Positions 19,371 to 30,392 of a stretch of 64,000 bases of DNA are shown here, one piece after another (the first letter of the stretch is position 1; every line of letters begins with the position of its first letter). The DNA comes from Bdellovibrionota bacterium (GTDB lineage: Bacteria > Bdellovibrionota_C > UBA2361 > JAAYZI01): contig JBMNIF010000002.1 in the NCBI GenBank assembly GCA_050950765.1, forward strand, positions 192,001 through 256,000. The letters run 5' to 3'. The notes under the pieces are model-generated. The model saw nothing but the letters and a program-made list of their open reading frames with translations, did not search any database and was not told the DNA's origin. Position numbers and translations under genes: made by a program.

Positions 19371-20942
19371 ATGCAGTGGGATCTAAAAAAACGACTTATT
19401 ATCTTAGGCGTTGTGGTGTTAGGAGCGTTTTTACTCTTAGTACCAACAATCAATATATCTTATAAAAGTTTAAAAGGGCTAGAGGTCACTCCCCAAGAAA
19501 GGCTTGGAGAGAACTGGATCTCCAAACCGATTGCACTCGGACTTGATCTAAGTGGTGGTGTACAACTCATTTACAGAGTTGAAGTAGAGGAAGCTGTACT
19601 CGGAAAGTTACAAGCTAAAGCAACAGCCATTAGATCCTTTTTACGTGATGAGAAAGTTGCTGTTAGGAGAGCAGTTGCCACAAAAGACAAAAGAGTTGAA
19701 ATAACCTTAATGAGTGACCGCGCTTTAGAAAAAGCTAAAGCTAAAATCGCCGAAAATGATCCGACTTTAACTTTTGTTGATGAGAGACGTGACGGGACAT
19801 CAATTATTTTAAGTTATAAGATCTCAGAGAGAGAAGAGTTCAGGATTCGTACAGATGCAGTTGATCAGGCTGTCGAAAACTTAAGAGTCCGCGTTGATCG
19901 CTTCGGTGTAGCAGAACCATTAATTCAGAAGGTAAACGCTGACAGGATCTTATTGCAGATGCCGGGGGTAAAAGATATCGAATCTGTTAAAAAGATCGTC
20001 GGACGGGTAGCAAAACTCGAATTCCGTTTCCTTCCAAAAAATACGACAGATCCAACCGTTACCATGAAAGATAAAGAAGGTAACCCCATCGCCGTAGAAG
20101 AAGATGTGCAGATGAGTGGCGATATGGTTGAAGGAGCAAACATTAATTTTGGAGAGTACGGAGAAGTTATAGTCTCTCTTAAGATGACACCAGAAGGTGC
20201 TCGTACCTTTGCCAGAGTCTCGAGCTCCGGGATCGGGCGTGAATTGGCGATAATCCTTGACGGCGTTGTCGTCTCACACCCTGTTATTAAAGATAGGATT
20301 ACACAAGGAGAGGCCAGCATTACAGGTCAATTCTCTATGCAGGAAGCCCGAGAATTAGCCTTAGTTTTAAAAGCAGGTGCCCTTCCTGCTCCACTTACCA
20401 TTATGGAGGAGCAACTTGTCGGCCCCACCTTAGGTCGTGAATCAATTAAGGATGGTACAATAGCTATCATCGTTGGATTCTTAGCTATCTTCATATTTAT
20501 GGTTGTTTATTATAGGAAATCAGGTCTTATAGCAGCAGCTACTTTGGGATTAAACTTAATATTTATCTGTGCACTATTATCCTTATTTGGAGCAACGTTA
20601 ACACTACCCGGTATCGCCGGACTGGCTTTAACTATCGGTATGGCTGTTGATGCCAACGTCATTATCTTTGAACGTATCAGAGATGAGATTAAAAATAATG
20701 CCACTCGAGATGTTGCTGTCGCTGCTGGTTTTGACAAAGCCCTTAGCGCCATTGTTGATTCAAACCTGACGACCTTAGTTACCGCAATATTGTTATACTA
20801 CTTCGGTACCGGTCCTGTTAGAGGTTTCGCAGTGACTTTAGGAATCGGTGTTATCACAACTATGTTTTGTGCGACATTTGTTGCACGCATCTTTTTTGAC
20901 GCTTTGCCTTTAAAAGCAAAGGACTCAGTACTGTCAATCTAG
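19371..20942 (+). CDS. secD: Protein translocase subunit SecD
   Basis: LGLDLSGG, RVDRFGVAEP, LKAGALPAP, TLPGIAGLALTIGMAVDANVIIFERI. Confidence 0.97.
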   Translation: MQWDLKKRLIILGVVVLGAFLLLVPTINISYKSLKGLEVTPQERLGENWISKPIALGLDLSGGVQLIYRVEVEEAVLGKLQAKATAIRSFLRDEKVAVRRAVATKDKRVEITLMSDRALEKAKAKIAENDPTLTFVDERRDGTSIILSYKISEREEFRIRTDAVDQAVENLRVRVDRFGVAEPLIQKVNADRILLQMPGVKDIESVKKIVGRVAKLEFRFLPKNTTDPTVTMKDKEGNPIAVEEDVQMSGDMVEGANINFGEYGEVIVSLKMTPEGARTFARVSSSGIGRELAIILDGVVVSHPVIKDRITQGEASITGQFSMQEARELALVLKAGALPAPLTIMEEQLVGPTLGRESIKDGTIAIIVGFLAIFIFMVVYYRKSGLIAAATLGLNLIFICALLSLFGATLTLPGIAGLALTIGMAVDANVIIFERIRDEIKNNATRDVAVAAGFDKALSAIVDSNLTTLVTAILLYYFGTGPVRGFAVTLGIGVITTMFCATFVARIFFDALPLKAKDSVLSI

Positions 20943-20966
20943 CTTTATTACGTAGGAATTTTTAAA

Positions 20967-21938
20967 ATGAAGATATTTGCAGAAAAAACCAATTTCGATT
21001 TTATGGGTAAAAGCAAGATTGCCATAACCCTCTCTACCTTACTAATCCTTGCTACCTTTTATACTTGGTTTGCTAGAGGTGATTCAAAATACGGGACCGA
21101 CTATATCGGCGGATTTGAGTTCGTTGTAGAACTCGATCAATCAGTCGATAGTGATGCCACTGTCAAATTGAGGGAAGCTTTTCAAGAGGGAGGATTCTCT
21201 GATGTCGTCGTGCAATCTTATCAGATAGGAAGTGGTAAATACGCCATTAGACTTCCAGGTGATGTTGCAAAGGTAGACACCACTGAAGTAAAAGATTCCA
21301 AAGATGAGAATGCCCATACGGCGGAAATAGCAAAGAAAGTTAAAGCGGTTCTGCAGGAAGCTTTCGCAGATAAGTACACCATGTTAAGCAATTCCTATAT
21401 CGGACCAACCATCGGTAACGAGTTACGCTGGAAGGCTTTAACAGCGTTTATCTTCGGATTGCTCGGCATTACCGCTTATATTACGTACCGCTTTGAATTT
21501 GCATTTGCACTTGGTGCTGTATTAGCTGTTTTCCACGATGCCATCGTAACCTTAGGTATCTACCTTGCACTAGGTCACGATTTAAATATGACCGTCCTAG
21601 CCGCAGTCTTAACAATTGTGGGTTATTCTGTAAACGATACGATCGTTATCTTTGATAGGGTCAGAGAAGAAGTTTTTAAACGTAAAGATTACGAACTGGT
21701 TCCTCTTTTTAATGAGTGCATTAACATCACCTTGTCACGTACCGTTATCACCAGTCTACTTACGTTATTTGCAGCGGTATCGCTATTAGTTTTAGGCGGC
21801 GGTGCTATCGAAGATTTAAGTCTCTTCATGGTGATCGGTATTCTTGTCGGTGCATATTCAACTATCTTTATCGCTTCACCTATCGTTGTTGCTTGGGAGT
21901 CTTTTATGACTCGTAAAAAAAGAGCTGCCACTGCTTAA
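20967..21938 (+). CDS. secF: Protein translocase subunit SecF
   Basis: GPTIG.EL, YRFE, FHDA, GYSVNDTIVIFDRVRE, TLSRT, YSTIFIASP. Confidence 0.97.
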   Translation: MKIFAEKTNFDFMGKSKIAITLSTLLILATFYTWFARGDSKYGTDYIGGFEFVVELDQSVDSDATVKLREAFQEGGFSDVVVQSYQIGSGKYAIRLPGDVAKVDTTEVKDSKDENAHTAEIAKKVKAVLQEAFADKYTMLSNSYIGPTIGNELRWKALTAFIFGLLGITAYITYRFEFAFALGAVLAVFHDAIVTLGIYLALGHDLNMTVLAAVLTIVGYSVNDTIVIFDRVREEVFKRKDYELVPLFNECINITLSRTVITSLLTLFAAVSLLVLGGGAIEDLSLFMVIGILVGAYSTIFIASPIVVAWESFMTRKKRAATA

Positions 21939-21970
21939 TTAACATATAAAAAAACGATCTGTTTTTAAGT

Positions 21971-22002
21971 AAAAGGCGTTCAGAGATGAACGCCTTTTTT
22001 TT
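21971..22002. terminator. Rho-independent terminator after secF
   Basis: AAAAGGCGTTCA-GAGA-TGAACGCCTTTTTTT. Confidence 0.9.
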
Positions 22003-22118
22003 ATACCTTCCTAGTTAGTGCCACCAGTCTAACATCCTGATTACATTTAGATTCACCTTTTTCCTTAAGAATGCCGATAACTCTCCCCATAGCATCATCT
22101 ATAAAAAACGGTTTATTT

Positions 22119-23915
22119 ATGGTTACAGGGGTTAATAACAATATAAATACGCAGCAGCCTTTACTAATAAGGCAAGCCTCAAACCCACCCCTTAAAATAA
22201 CCTCTCCCCTCTTTGACTCAATCCCAGTTGGCACGACACTCCCTGCGAAGATAGTAGAAGATGTTACAGGGGAGCGCGGAATAAATATAGCGGGAGTCTT
22301 TATCAAAACAGAACTTCCTGATCACTTACAGAACGGATCTAATGTAACGCTACAAGTTATAGGAAAAGGTCAAGCTATTATCTGTTACACCACTTCAGAA
22401 GGGACACTTAAAAATTCTCCACCACTTCTTTCGCAAGAAAGTGTAGCACAAGCGATCTTAAAGATTCTCGGGATAACAGAGGCACCGATCGCTGCAAGCT
22501 TTACGCAGATAACAGATCTTGAAACGGTGTTAAATGAAAGATCTTTAGGAGACCGTGATCTACTATTAAAAGCTCTTCTGAAGTTAGCCCTACCGGAGAT
22601 AAGTCAAACTCCAGAAGAAGAGATCAACACCACAACTTCATTCGAAAAGTCACTCCAATCATTAACTCGTTTAAGAGCTATCTTTCAGATAATCAACAAC
22701 AGTGATTTTAAAGACTTTAAAGCCTCATTTAGAGAGGTGGTTTTACAACAAGGACAAGCCTTATATGAACTTTGCGAAAGACTCCCCCTTTTAGTAGGTA
22801 ACGGAAGCGATATCTCACCCCTACAAGCCGTGCAAGATATCCTTAAGATCCCTCTTAAGCCTTCAGAAGAAGCCCTTTCAAAACTCTTTCAAAATGTTCA
22901 AGAGAAACTCTTTGATAGTAGTGGTGCTTTAAAAGTAGAACGCATCCCAGAAGTATTATCAGATATTACAAAAAGTATCGCAGACACTCCGCGCCAAGCA
23001 CGTCCCCTCTTAAGGATGCTCGAAAGCCGCTTGCAGCTCTTACTACTTGATGAAAGCCCTCCCCTATTTTCTAAAACCTCCCCTACGGCTATGAATGAAG
23101 ACAGGCAACTTCTGCAAAACACCCCTGCGGAACAGAGTGCTACTATTACGACCCCACCCCAAACACTTTTTTTGCAAAACATTAAAAGCGATCTACTTTC
23201 TGAAATTATCAAAGGCACAATCTCAAAGCTTAGTAGCGAGGAGTTGGATTACTTTCATTCAGTTGAATCATTATTACAGATCGGAGTAGCTGAATTTGCT
23301 AAACCGTTAGAAAAGTTTTTAGCAGAGGTGCGTTCACAACCACACAATAAACACTTTAATAAAAATGGTGCAGATTTTCTAAAAGAAAACTTAACTAATA
23401 GTAACACCTTCTTCGTACTTCCCGACAATCAAGATCACAGAAACGGAACAGAAAGAACGTGGAGCGGTGCAAAATCAGAGCTTTTAAAAACGCTTTCCCC
23501 GATCTTTAGCGCCTTAGGAGAACCTTCGTTTTTAATTTTTCCAATTCTATTAGGAGGCTTCTTCAGCAACTTAGAGATAATTCACTATCCGCAACAAGAG
23601 ATAACAGAGGAAGAAGATACTCAAAACGATAAGCCCCAACCATTTACACGACTCTCTTTTAAAACAGAGCTGCCTACACTTGGCACGATTGAAGCGCACC
23701 TAGCCTATCGTAGCAAAGAGGTGCTGCTTAATCTTGGAGTAGTTAAAAAAGAGAGCATCCCTCTACTTGAAAACGCCCTGCCACTACTAAAAGCGCAACT
23801 TTCAAAACGGGGCTATGAAAAGATAGAGGTATCACTTCAACAATCAACAAACACCTCTATCAGGCCAGATTGGGTTAATGATGTAATGTTCACTAGAGAC
23901 GGTATCTTCGCTTAA
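22119..23915 (+). CDS. FliK-like (flagellar hook-length control) protein
   Basis: Long divergent body; C-terminal FTRLSFKTELPTLGTIEAHL...LLKAQLSKRGY resembles the FliK C-terminal domain; start uncertain (22071 or 22119). Confidence 0.6.
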   Translation: MVTGVNNNINTQQPLLIRQASNPPLKITSPLFDSIPVGTTLPAKIVEDVTGERGINIAGVFIKTELPDHLQNGSNVTLQVIGKGQAIICYTTSEGTLKNSPPLLSQESVAQAILKILGITEAPIAASFTQITDLETVLNERSLGDRDLLLKALLKLALPEISQTPEEEINTTTSFEKSLQSLTRLRAIFQIINNSDFKDFKASFREVVLQQGQALYELCERLPLLVGNGSDISPLQAVQDILKIPLKPSEEALSKLFQNVQEKLFDSSGALKVERIPEVLSDITKSIADTPRQARPLLRMLESRLQLLLLDESPPLFSKTSPTAMNEDRQLLQNTPAEQSATITTPPQTLFLQNIKSDLLSEIIKGTISKLSSEELDYFHSVESLLQIGVAEFAKPLEKFLAEVRSQPHNKHFNKNGADFLKENLTNSNTFFVLPDNQDHRNGTERTWSGAKSELLKTLSPIFSALGEPSFLIFPILLGGFFSNLEIIHYPQQEITEEEDTQNDKPQPFTRLSFKTELPTLGTIEAHLAYRSKEVLLNLGVVKKESIPLLENALPLLKAQLSKRGYEKIEVSLQQSTNTSIRPDWVNDVMFTRDGIFA

Positions 23916-24287
23916 AACATCCTCCCTTCAGTAAAGTCTCCTTTTGAAGTTAAGTTTATTTAAGAGAAAGCCCCCGCTTTACAAAAATAAAATCTTGCAC
24001 TTTTCTAATAAAATTAAATGGTTAAGACAAAAACTCCGCGCGAAACTTCACTTCTTAACTATGAGTATTTACTAAATTTTTCTCCTTTTATTTGACAATT
24101 AGAGGGCAACTAGTATTATGTTAAGTTCTGGTCTGATTCTCCCTAAAAGGTTCTCAAAAATTTTATATATTTTTGCTTTAAGCGTGTAAAAGGCAAAGCC
24201 CTTAAAGGTTAAGGTGTCAGTTCAGCTAGAGTTAATTTTTCTTGGAAAACAGCTGTGGTAATTGTTTAGATTTTAGGAGGCTGCAAA

Positions 24288-25574
24288 ATGCCGTCAGTTT
24301 GTTGTTATTTACAGGTACATCAACCACTTCAGTTACGTCGTTTTTCGTATCTCGATACAATAAACAACGCCGATTATTTTGATACCCTCCAAAGCCAACA
24401 GATCTTAAAAAAGATCGCCGCAAAAAGTTACATCCCTACTACCAAGCTACTCCTTGAAATGATTGAAAAGCATCAAGGACGTTTTCGTTTAGCCTTATCT
24501 TTTTCCGGAATCGTTATAGAACAACTAAGAGAGTATGCACCGGAAGCTTTAACACTTTTTCAAAAGCTCGTTAAAACTGGGTGCGTCGAGGTCTTAGCAG
24601 AAACGTACTACCATTCCTTAGCAGTTCTTTTTAATGAAGAGGAGTATGTTCAGCAACTGAAGCAACACGCTGCTTTAATTCAAGAGACCTTTAACGTTAC
24701 TCCTCGCGTATTGCGTAACAGCGAATTACTTTATAGCGATCGGATCGGACAACTTGTTTCTAAACTCGGCTATCAAGGTATCCTAACAGGTATCGGGCAC
24801 TACCAATTAGGTTGGCGTAGTCCGAACTATCTCTATCAATGTCGTGGCAATGATCTAGTCCTTTTTATTAAAAATTATCAACTTTCTGATGATATCGCTT
24901 TTAGGTTTTCTCGTCATGATTGGCAAGAATTTCCACTAACAGCTGATAAGTTCGCCTCTTGGATCCACAAGATTAACGGCGCAGGAGATATCGTCAACCT
25001 CTTTATGGACTTCGAAACTTTCGGTGAACATCATTGGGATACTTCCGGTATCTTTCATTTTTTGGAGTTCTTGCCGCAACACATTTTAAGTGATGATGCG
25101 TGGCAATTCGTCACCCCTTCTGAGGCAATTACAAAACACAAAGCAGTAGGAGAGCTGTTGTGTGCACCTGTAACAAGTTGGGGGTCTGTTGGAACCGACT
25201 TAGCTGCTTGGTTAGGTGGTAGCTTACAAGGGAACGCTTTAAGCACCCTTTACGGGATGGAACCCCTTATTCGGAATTGCGGAAATGATGAGTTATTGGA
25301 AGCTTGGCGCAGACTGCAATCATCAGACAACTTTTACTATATGTTACCAAGTGGTTTTAACGTTGATGATAATAAACTCTTCAACCCTTATGGCAACCAA
25401 TCAGATGCGTATATAAATTACATGAATGTTTTACGTGATCTTGAAAAGAAAGCACAATCAGCTGGAGCAATTACTAAAATCACAGCAGAGACACAAGAAA
25501 CAACACCGTCTTTAGATACCTTGCTGCAACGCACCCTCCTTTTAAACCCTTTAGATCGTATTCATGAACAATAA
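24288..25574 (+). CDS. Glycoside hydrolase family 57 (alpha-amylase-like)
   Basis: QVHQP, AETYYHSL, RNSEL (nucleophile Glu), FMDFETFGEH, WRRLQSSD. Confidence 0.92.
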   Translation: MPSVCCYLQVHQPLQLRRFSYLDTINNADYFDTLQSQQILKKIAAKSYIPTTKLLLEMIEKHQGRFRLALSFSGIVIEQLREYAPEALTLFQKLVKTGCVEVLAETYYHSLAVLFNEEEYVQQLKQHAALIQETFNVTPRVLRNSELLYSDRIGQLVSKLGYQGILTGIGHYQLGWRSPNYLYQCRGNDLVLFIKNYQLSDDIAFRFSRHDWQEFPLTADKFASWIHKINGAGDIVNLFMDFETFGEHHWDTSGIFHFLEFLPQHILSDDAWQFVTPSEAITKHKAVGELLCAPVTSWGSVGTDLAAWLGGSLQGNALSTLYGMEPLIRNCGNDELLEAWRRLQSSDNFYYMLPSGFNVDDNKLFNPYGNQSDAYINYMNVLRDLEKKAQSAGAITKITAETQETTPSLDTLLQRTLLLNPLDRIHEQ

Positions 25575-25639
25575 GAGAACGAAGAAGCACCCCCTTACAT
25601 TACATAACCTCTCAAATAGCAACGCACCCTTTCCGTATC

Positions 25640-26935
25640 TTATTTATACTGGCAGACCGCCCTTGCAAGCTCAACAATCCCCGTTTTTTCTCCCTGTCTA
25701 GCTAATACCACCCTAAAAAGTCTGGCACTTAATTTAACGGAGAGGTAAATAGTCATCCCGAGTAAAAGTAGTGACAATAAAATTTCATAAATAGGTACTT
25801 CATTTTGCATAGCTAATCTGGTAGGCATGCCGATCGGTGAAAAAAACGGTACCTGCGAAACCACTTGAGCTAAAAAGGAGGACGGATCTCTCACTATCTG
25901 TGGGATAGCTAAAACTGGTAAGCCACTAATTGTTAATAAAATTAACATCGGGAACTTTACTCCCTGTTCACTATCGATCAAAAACGCCGCACCAGCGCAC
26001 AAAGCTCCATATAAAAGGATACCGCCAGCAGCAAACAAAATAGAGAATAAGATCGTTGAAATGCCAAGTTGATAATTAATACTATCAGTCGAAATAAACG
26101 TTATAATATATGGCACTATTAAAAACATCCCTCCCCATAAAAACATCTTTAGTAGTGTTGCTCCCAAAACTCCTATGACTTTACCGAATAAGAGCGTATC
26201 CGCAGAAATAGATCCTAATAGAATTTCAATTAACTTACTCCGTTTTTCACGGGTGACTGCTAAAATAATACCGTCATAAGAGGTTGAGATGGTCATAGAA
26301 AATAGCAAAACCAACACTACGGGGATTACAACTTGTAAGCTCAAAGTTGCATTTGAAACCTTAGTTGTATCGGTGGGATTTATATCGTACACATCAAACT
26401 TCGGACGACGGATAAGATCTCTAAACTCTTTATCGGAGATATTTAACGTTGAAGCATTAAGCGCAATAAAAAAATCATCGAATTTAGTATATGAACTGAG
26501 GTTAAGACCTGTCGCATCTTTTTTTACAGTATAGATCGCTACACTTTTATCAGGATCTTTTTTGTAATCACTGGGAATAACAAAAAAATCAGAAAACTTT
26601 TTATCTTCAATAAGTTTCTTCCCCTCTTCAAAAGAATCCAGCCTTTTAACTATAATATCACGCTCCTCAATAGCACCACCTTCTTTTCTGAACCTACCCC
26701 AACACGGAACCTGATATGTATGTTGCTTCTGCTTATATGGTAAGATATCGGCGTAATCAAGGATTGCGATACGCTCTGCCTCGATCTCTCCCTTTTCGTA
26801 CTTCAATCCTTGAGAAGAGATAAGCAACATCACAATCGGCAAAAATGCCAACAACGGAACAATAAATAAACTTATCAGATAAGTTTTTGAACGGACAATT
26901 CTCAAAAACTCATAAAGCGCTACTGTTTTTAACAT
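25640..26935 (-). CDS. ABC-2 type transporter permease (NatB/YhaP-like)
   Basis: EKRSKLIEILL, GKVIG, PFFSPIGMPTR; multiple TM segments. Confidence 0.88.
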   Translation of the reverse strand: MLKTVALYEFLRIVRSKTYLISLFIVPLLAFLPIVMLLISSQGLKYEKGEIEAERIAILDYADILPYKQKQHTYQVPCWGRFRKEGGAIEERDIIVKRLDSFEEGKKLIEDKKFSDFFVIPSDYKKDPDKSVAIYTVKKDATGLNLSSYTKFDDFFIALNASTLNISDKEFRDLIRRPKFDVYDINPTDTTKVSNATLSLQVVIPVVLVLLFSMTISTSYDGIILAVTREKRSKLIEILLGSISADTLLFGKVIGVLGATLLKMFLWGGMFLIVPYIITFISTDSINYQLGISTILFSILFAAGGILLYGALCAGAAFLIDSEQGVKFPMLILLTISGLPVLAIPQIVRDPSSFLAQVVSQVPFFSPIGMPTRLAMQNEVPIYEILLSLLLLGMTIYLSVKLSARLFRVVLARQGEKTGIVELARAVCQYK

Positions 26936-27848
26936 CTACCTCTCCGTTTCGTTTCACGATATCAACAAAAACATCTTCTAATGGCATTAACGCTTCTTGA
27001 AGCATTGTAATATTAATCTGATTATCAACTATGGTACGCATTAAGTCGTATAGAGTTTTCCCCTCTCTTAATTTAATGCGCTTTTCATGATCCGTATTAT
27101 CTATACCTACAACAAACGGAATTTCTTCAAGACACGCTTCTTTATTAACAATAATACAATCCCCGCCGTACTTTCTTTGTATTTCAGAAACTGCGCCTTC
27201 AACAACGATCCTGCCGCGATACATCATCACGATCTTGTCACACAACTTCTCTACCTCATTCATCATATGAGTTGAAAGCAGAACCAGACTACCACTGGAT
27301 CGCAACTCACAGATAACACTCCGCACTAACCTGATATTAACAGGATCTAAGCCATAAAACGGCTCGTCCAAGATAACCACTTGCGGTGTATGTACAAGAC
27401 AGGCGATTAACTGAACCTTAAACGACATCCCTTTGGAAAGAGCTGCTATCTTAGCGTTAGTCCAATCCGATAATTCGAAACGTTCCAGAAGATCAAGGCT
27501 ACGCTTTTTTGATTCTTTATGAGTTAGCCCTTTCAACATCCCCAAATATACCAGTTGTCTAAGAACAGTTTCATCTTGATAGAGACCACGTTCTTCAGGC
27601 ATATAACCTACAACACTGCGCAACTTAGCCGTCAACTCGGATAACGGCTTGTCATTAACCAAAACTCGTCCTGCATTTGGTCGAACGATACCGAGAAATA
27701 CCTTGAGCATCGTACTTTTCCCAGCGCCGTTTGGTCCTAAAATTCCAAAAACCTCTCCAGATTGTGCGCTCCACGAAACGTTATCTAATGCCTTAATTAA
27801 ATCAGGAGTATGATACTCCTTACAAACACCCTCAAAAGATATCTTCAT
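26910..27848 (-). CDS. ABC transporter ATP-binding protein
   Basis: GPNGAGKST, LSKGM, ILDEPF, STH. Confidence 0.93.
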   Translation of the reverse strand: MKISFEGVCKEYHTPDLIKALDNVSWSAQSGEVFGILGPNGAGKSTMLKVFLGIVRPNAGRVLVNDKPLSELTAKLRSVVGYMPEERGLYQDETVLRQLVYLGMLKGLTHKESKKRSLDLLERFELSDWTNAKIAALSKGMSFKVQLIACLVHTPQVVILDEPFYGLDPVNIRLVRSVICELRSSGSLVLLSTHMMNEVEKLCDKIVMMYRGRIVVEGAVSEIQRKYGGDCIIVNKEACLEEIPFVVGIDNTDHEKRIKLREGKTLYDLMRTIVDNQINITMLQEALMPLEDVFVDIVKRNGEVDVKNSSAL

Positions 27849-28010
27849 GCCATCTCTATCTCAAAACCGTACCAATTCAGGCAGATAGATCTCTGCCTAG
27901 AAATACAACAACTACCCTTAAGATGTAGATACGGGAGTAAGGTGTTTATAAAAAATCACTAAATGCCTCTATTTAACAGAAAAAACCTGATAAATAATTT
28001 AGATTATTTT

Positions 28011-28026
28011 CGGTTCGGAATTTGCA
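28011..28026 (+). promoter_or_regulatory. Candidate sigma54 promoter for the 28131 gene
   Basis: CGGTTCGGAATTTGCA = GG-N10-GC with TTGCA; near-match enhancer GACAAATATTTGAC at 28095-28108. Confidence 0.4.
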
Positions 28027-28130
28027 TAGATCATTAACGGGAGAGTTTATACGGCAAATTTTGGCAACTTTTACCTTAAATCAAAGGTATCGGAGACAAA
28101 TATTTGACACTTTTTACCTAGTGAGTACCT

Positions 28131-28883
28131 ATGCGGCGAATAAATAGTGATGAAGCTTGGCGTTTTATACCGCCTGAAGAAAAGATTGAAATTATGACAA
28201 AAGCTCATGCCAAAGGGGTTATGTCATCACTTATAGTAATTTTACTAGGTGCAACCTGTGCAGCAGCGCTTAAAATACCGTGGCTGTTATGGAGTGTTTT
28301 AATCTGCTCACCTCTAGTCTTTCAATTTTCATCAGGAAAAGCGTGGCGTAATTTAAAACCTGCTACTACACTACGCTACCTTGCAGCACGTTCAGCTGCT
28401 CGTCGTTATGCCTATTCAGCAGAAGCAGAAGATCTATCTCCACGACTGATGTTACGCGGTACCATTGAACAGATCCCTGATGATGAAAAAGACAAGTTGG
28501 TACTCTCTATGCTTGGAGAAAGAGCTACCGATGTTTGGATAACTCTATTTAGCGATACTATCGTTATCCTTTCAGAACAGCTAGGCGGCGCTACCTTAGA
28601 ATTATCGCATCCGATTAACCAATTTTTAGAGGTAACTTTAAATCCCGACACCCCCTCCCACATCGGAGAAGCCTTCTTACATATCAAAGACAACGAGAAT
28701 GTACGTAAATTTAAACTAACCACTCCGTTTCCTGCTGCCTTAGTTGCTTTTGTACAGAAATATCAGATATTTCTTGAAGAGAACAAAGATGATATGCAAC
28801 GTAGAGGACGCACTATGGGGCTGCAACTTGGTGAAGATGAAGAGGTAGATCCGCTTTTACGTCTTGATAATTTACAGATGTAA
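28131..28883 (+). CDS. Hypothetical membrane protein (2 TM plus cytoplasmic domain)
   Basis: 250-aa ORF with two N-terminal hydrophobic segments. Confidence 0.75.
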   Translation: MRRINSDEAWRFIPPEEKIEIMTKAHAKGVMSSLIVILLGATCAAALKIPWLLWSVLICSPLVFQFSSGKAWRNLKPATTLRYLAARSAARRYAYSAEAEDLSPRLMLRGTIEQIPDDEKDKLVLSMLGERATDVWITLFSDTIVILSEQLGGATLELSHPINQFLEVTLNPDTPSHIGEAFLHIKDNENVRKFKLTTPFPAALVAFVQKYQIFLEENKDDMQRRGRTMGLQLGEDEEVDPLLRLDNLQM

Positions 28884-29066
28884 GTTAAGTGTCTACTATT
28901 TTACTATATATCCCTACGAAACAACTCTTATAGCAAAAGAAGCTTTTTCCCCTTACACACAGAACGACTCTTATAATAAAAGAGATTTTTTTTCACCCCC
29001 CTTAACTTTACAGATACCTACATTTTGTTTAAAGTTTTAAAAAGGTGTTAAGGAGGAAGCTTTATA

Positions 29067-30212
29067 ATGATTAAACGGAAAAATCGTGTTTTTATCTCAC
29101 TTCTATCCTCTTTTTATATTATATTCTTCCCACTATTAACTAAAGCAGAGGAGCCACTTGTAGTAGAAAATAGAGGGATCTCCATAGCGATCTCTACTGC
29201 AAAGAATCAAGATTTCACGATTCAACTAACCTCTCCTAAGATAACGTTAAAGAAGGTCTTTAATATCGATAAACCGTCGCGTATCGTAATTGATATTACG
29301 GGAGTTGCTTTTGATAAAACAGATCCTATTAAGATTAACTCTGACCTGATAAAAAAGATTAGACTTGGTAATCACAAACTTTTTTCGCGTCTAGTCTTAG
29401 ATCTAAAGGATACACACACACCTCAGTACACATATACAGAAGAGGAATCATCTTTAACTATAACCGTTATAGCTAACAAAAAAAATAAGACTGTAACGCC
29501 CTCGCCCACTGCTACAACACCTCTATTAGAAGTAACCCCCACACAGAAACCAGAAACCTCTCCAATTACTACACCATCAGAAACACCTACTAAAACACCC
29601 TCTCCTTCACCCTCCGTAACACCTACCTACGGATCTGATAAAACTTTTTCCGCTACCCCCTCAACACCTACTAAAACACCTTCTCCTTCACCCTCCGTAA
29701 CATCTACACAAACACCTGATGTGTCTCTTTCCGCTACCCCCTCAACACCTACTAAAACACCCTCTCCTTCGCCCTCCGTAACGCCTACCTACGGATCTGA
29801 TAAAACTTTTTCCGCTACCCCCTCTGCAAGACCTGAGCCACAGATAACAGAGACTTTAAAAGAGAAACCTTCCCCCACCTCATCCTCAAAAATTGCTCTT
29901 AATGCAATTCTCTTTAATCATGATGCAAACGGAGCTCCCCTTTTAGCATTTAACTTAACTGCAAAAAGTCGTTTTTCACTAAATAAAACTGGAGAAAAAG
30001 AATACACTTTATCAATTCAAAACTGCACAGTTGAAAAAGAACACCTAAAACTCCCTTACTTCCCTCCACAAGATTTTAAAGGACTTACCCTTATTCAAGT
30101 AACAGATACAGAAAATGAGGCAAAACTTAATATAAAAATACATACAGAGGTTAATACAAAGATAACTGCGTTACCTTCTGGAACAGAGATTTTAATTAAA
30201 GTGTTAGAATAA
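29067..30212 (+). CDS. Exported AMIN-domain protein with Pro/Ser/Thr-rich linker
   Basis: Signal peptide; FNIDKPSRIVIDI...IKKIRLG...SRLVLDL AMIN signature. Confidence 0.8.
   Translation: MIKRKNRVFISLLSSFYIIFFPLLTKAEEPLVVENRGISIAISTAKNQDFTIQLTSPKITLKKVFNIDKPSRIVIDITGVAFDKTDPIKINSDLIKKIRLGNHKLFSRLVLDLKDTHTPQYTYTEEESSLTITVIANKKNKTVTPSPTATTPLLEVTPTQKPETSPITTPSETPTKTPSPSPSVTPTYGSDKTFSATPSTPTKTPSPSPSVTSTQTPDVSLSATPSTPTKTPSPSPSVTPTYGSDKTFSATPSARPEPQITETLKEKPSPTSSSKIALNAILFNHDANGAPLLAFNLTAKSRFSLNKTGEKEYTLSIQNCTVEKEHLKLPYFPPQDFKGLTLIQVTDTENEAKLNIKIHTEVNTKITALPSGTEILIKVLE
29582..29824 (+). repeat. Intragenic tandem repeat, 3 x 81 bp (27 aa)
   Basis: Units start at 29582, 29663 and 29744; encode TPTKTPSPSPSVT...SATPS. 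Confidence 0.9.
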
Positions 30213-30392
30213 TAGAAAAGCTCTCTCCCTCCTGCTAATTCTACTATTCTCTATGCCAACTAATAAAAACAATCTATTCTATCTATTTTTTAATTATCTC
30301 CTTTTCCACCTTTCATAAAATAAGGTATGAATAGGATAGTAATAATTTACTAAAGAAAATTATCACCTTAATTTCTTATTTTTCGAGGTGTT

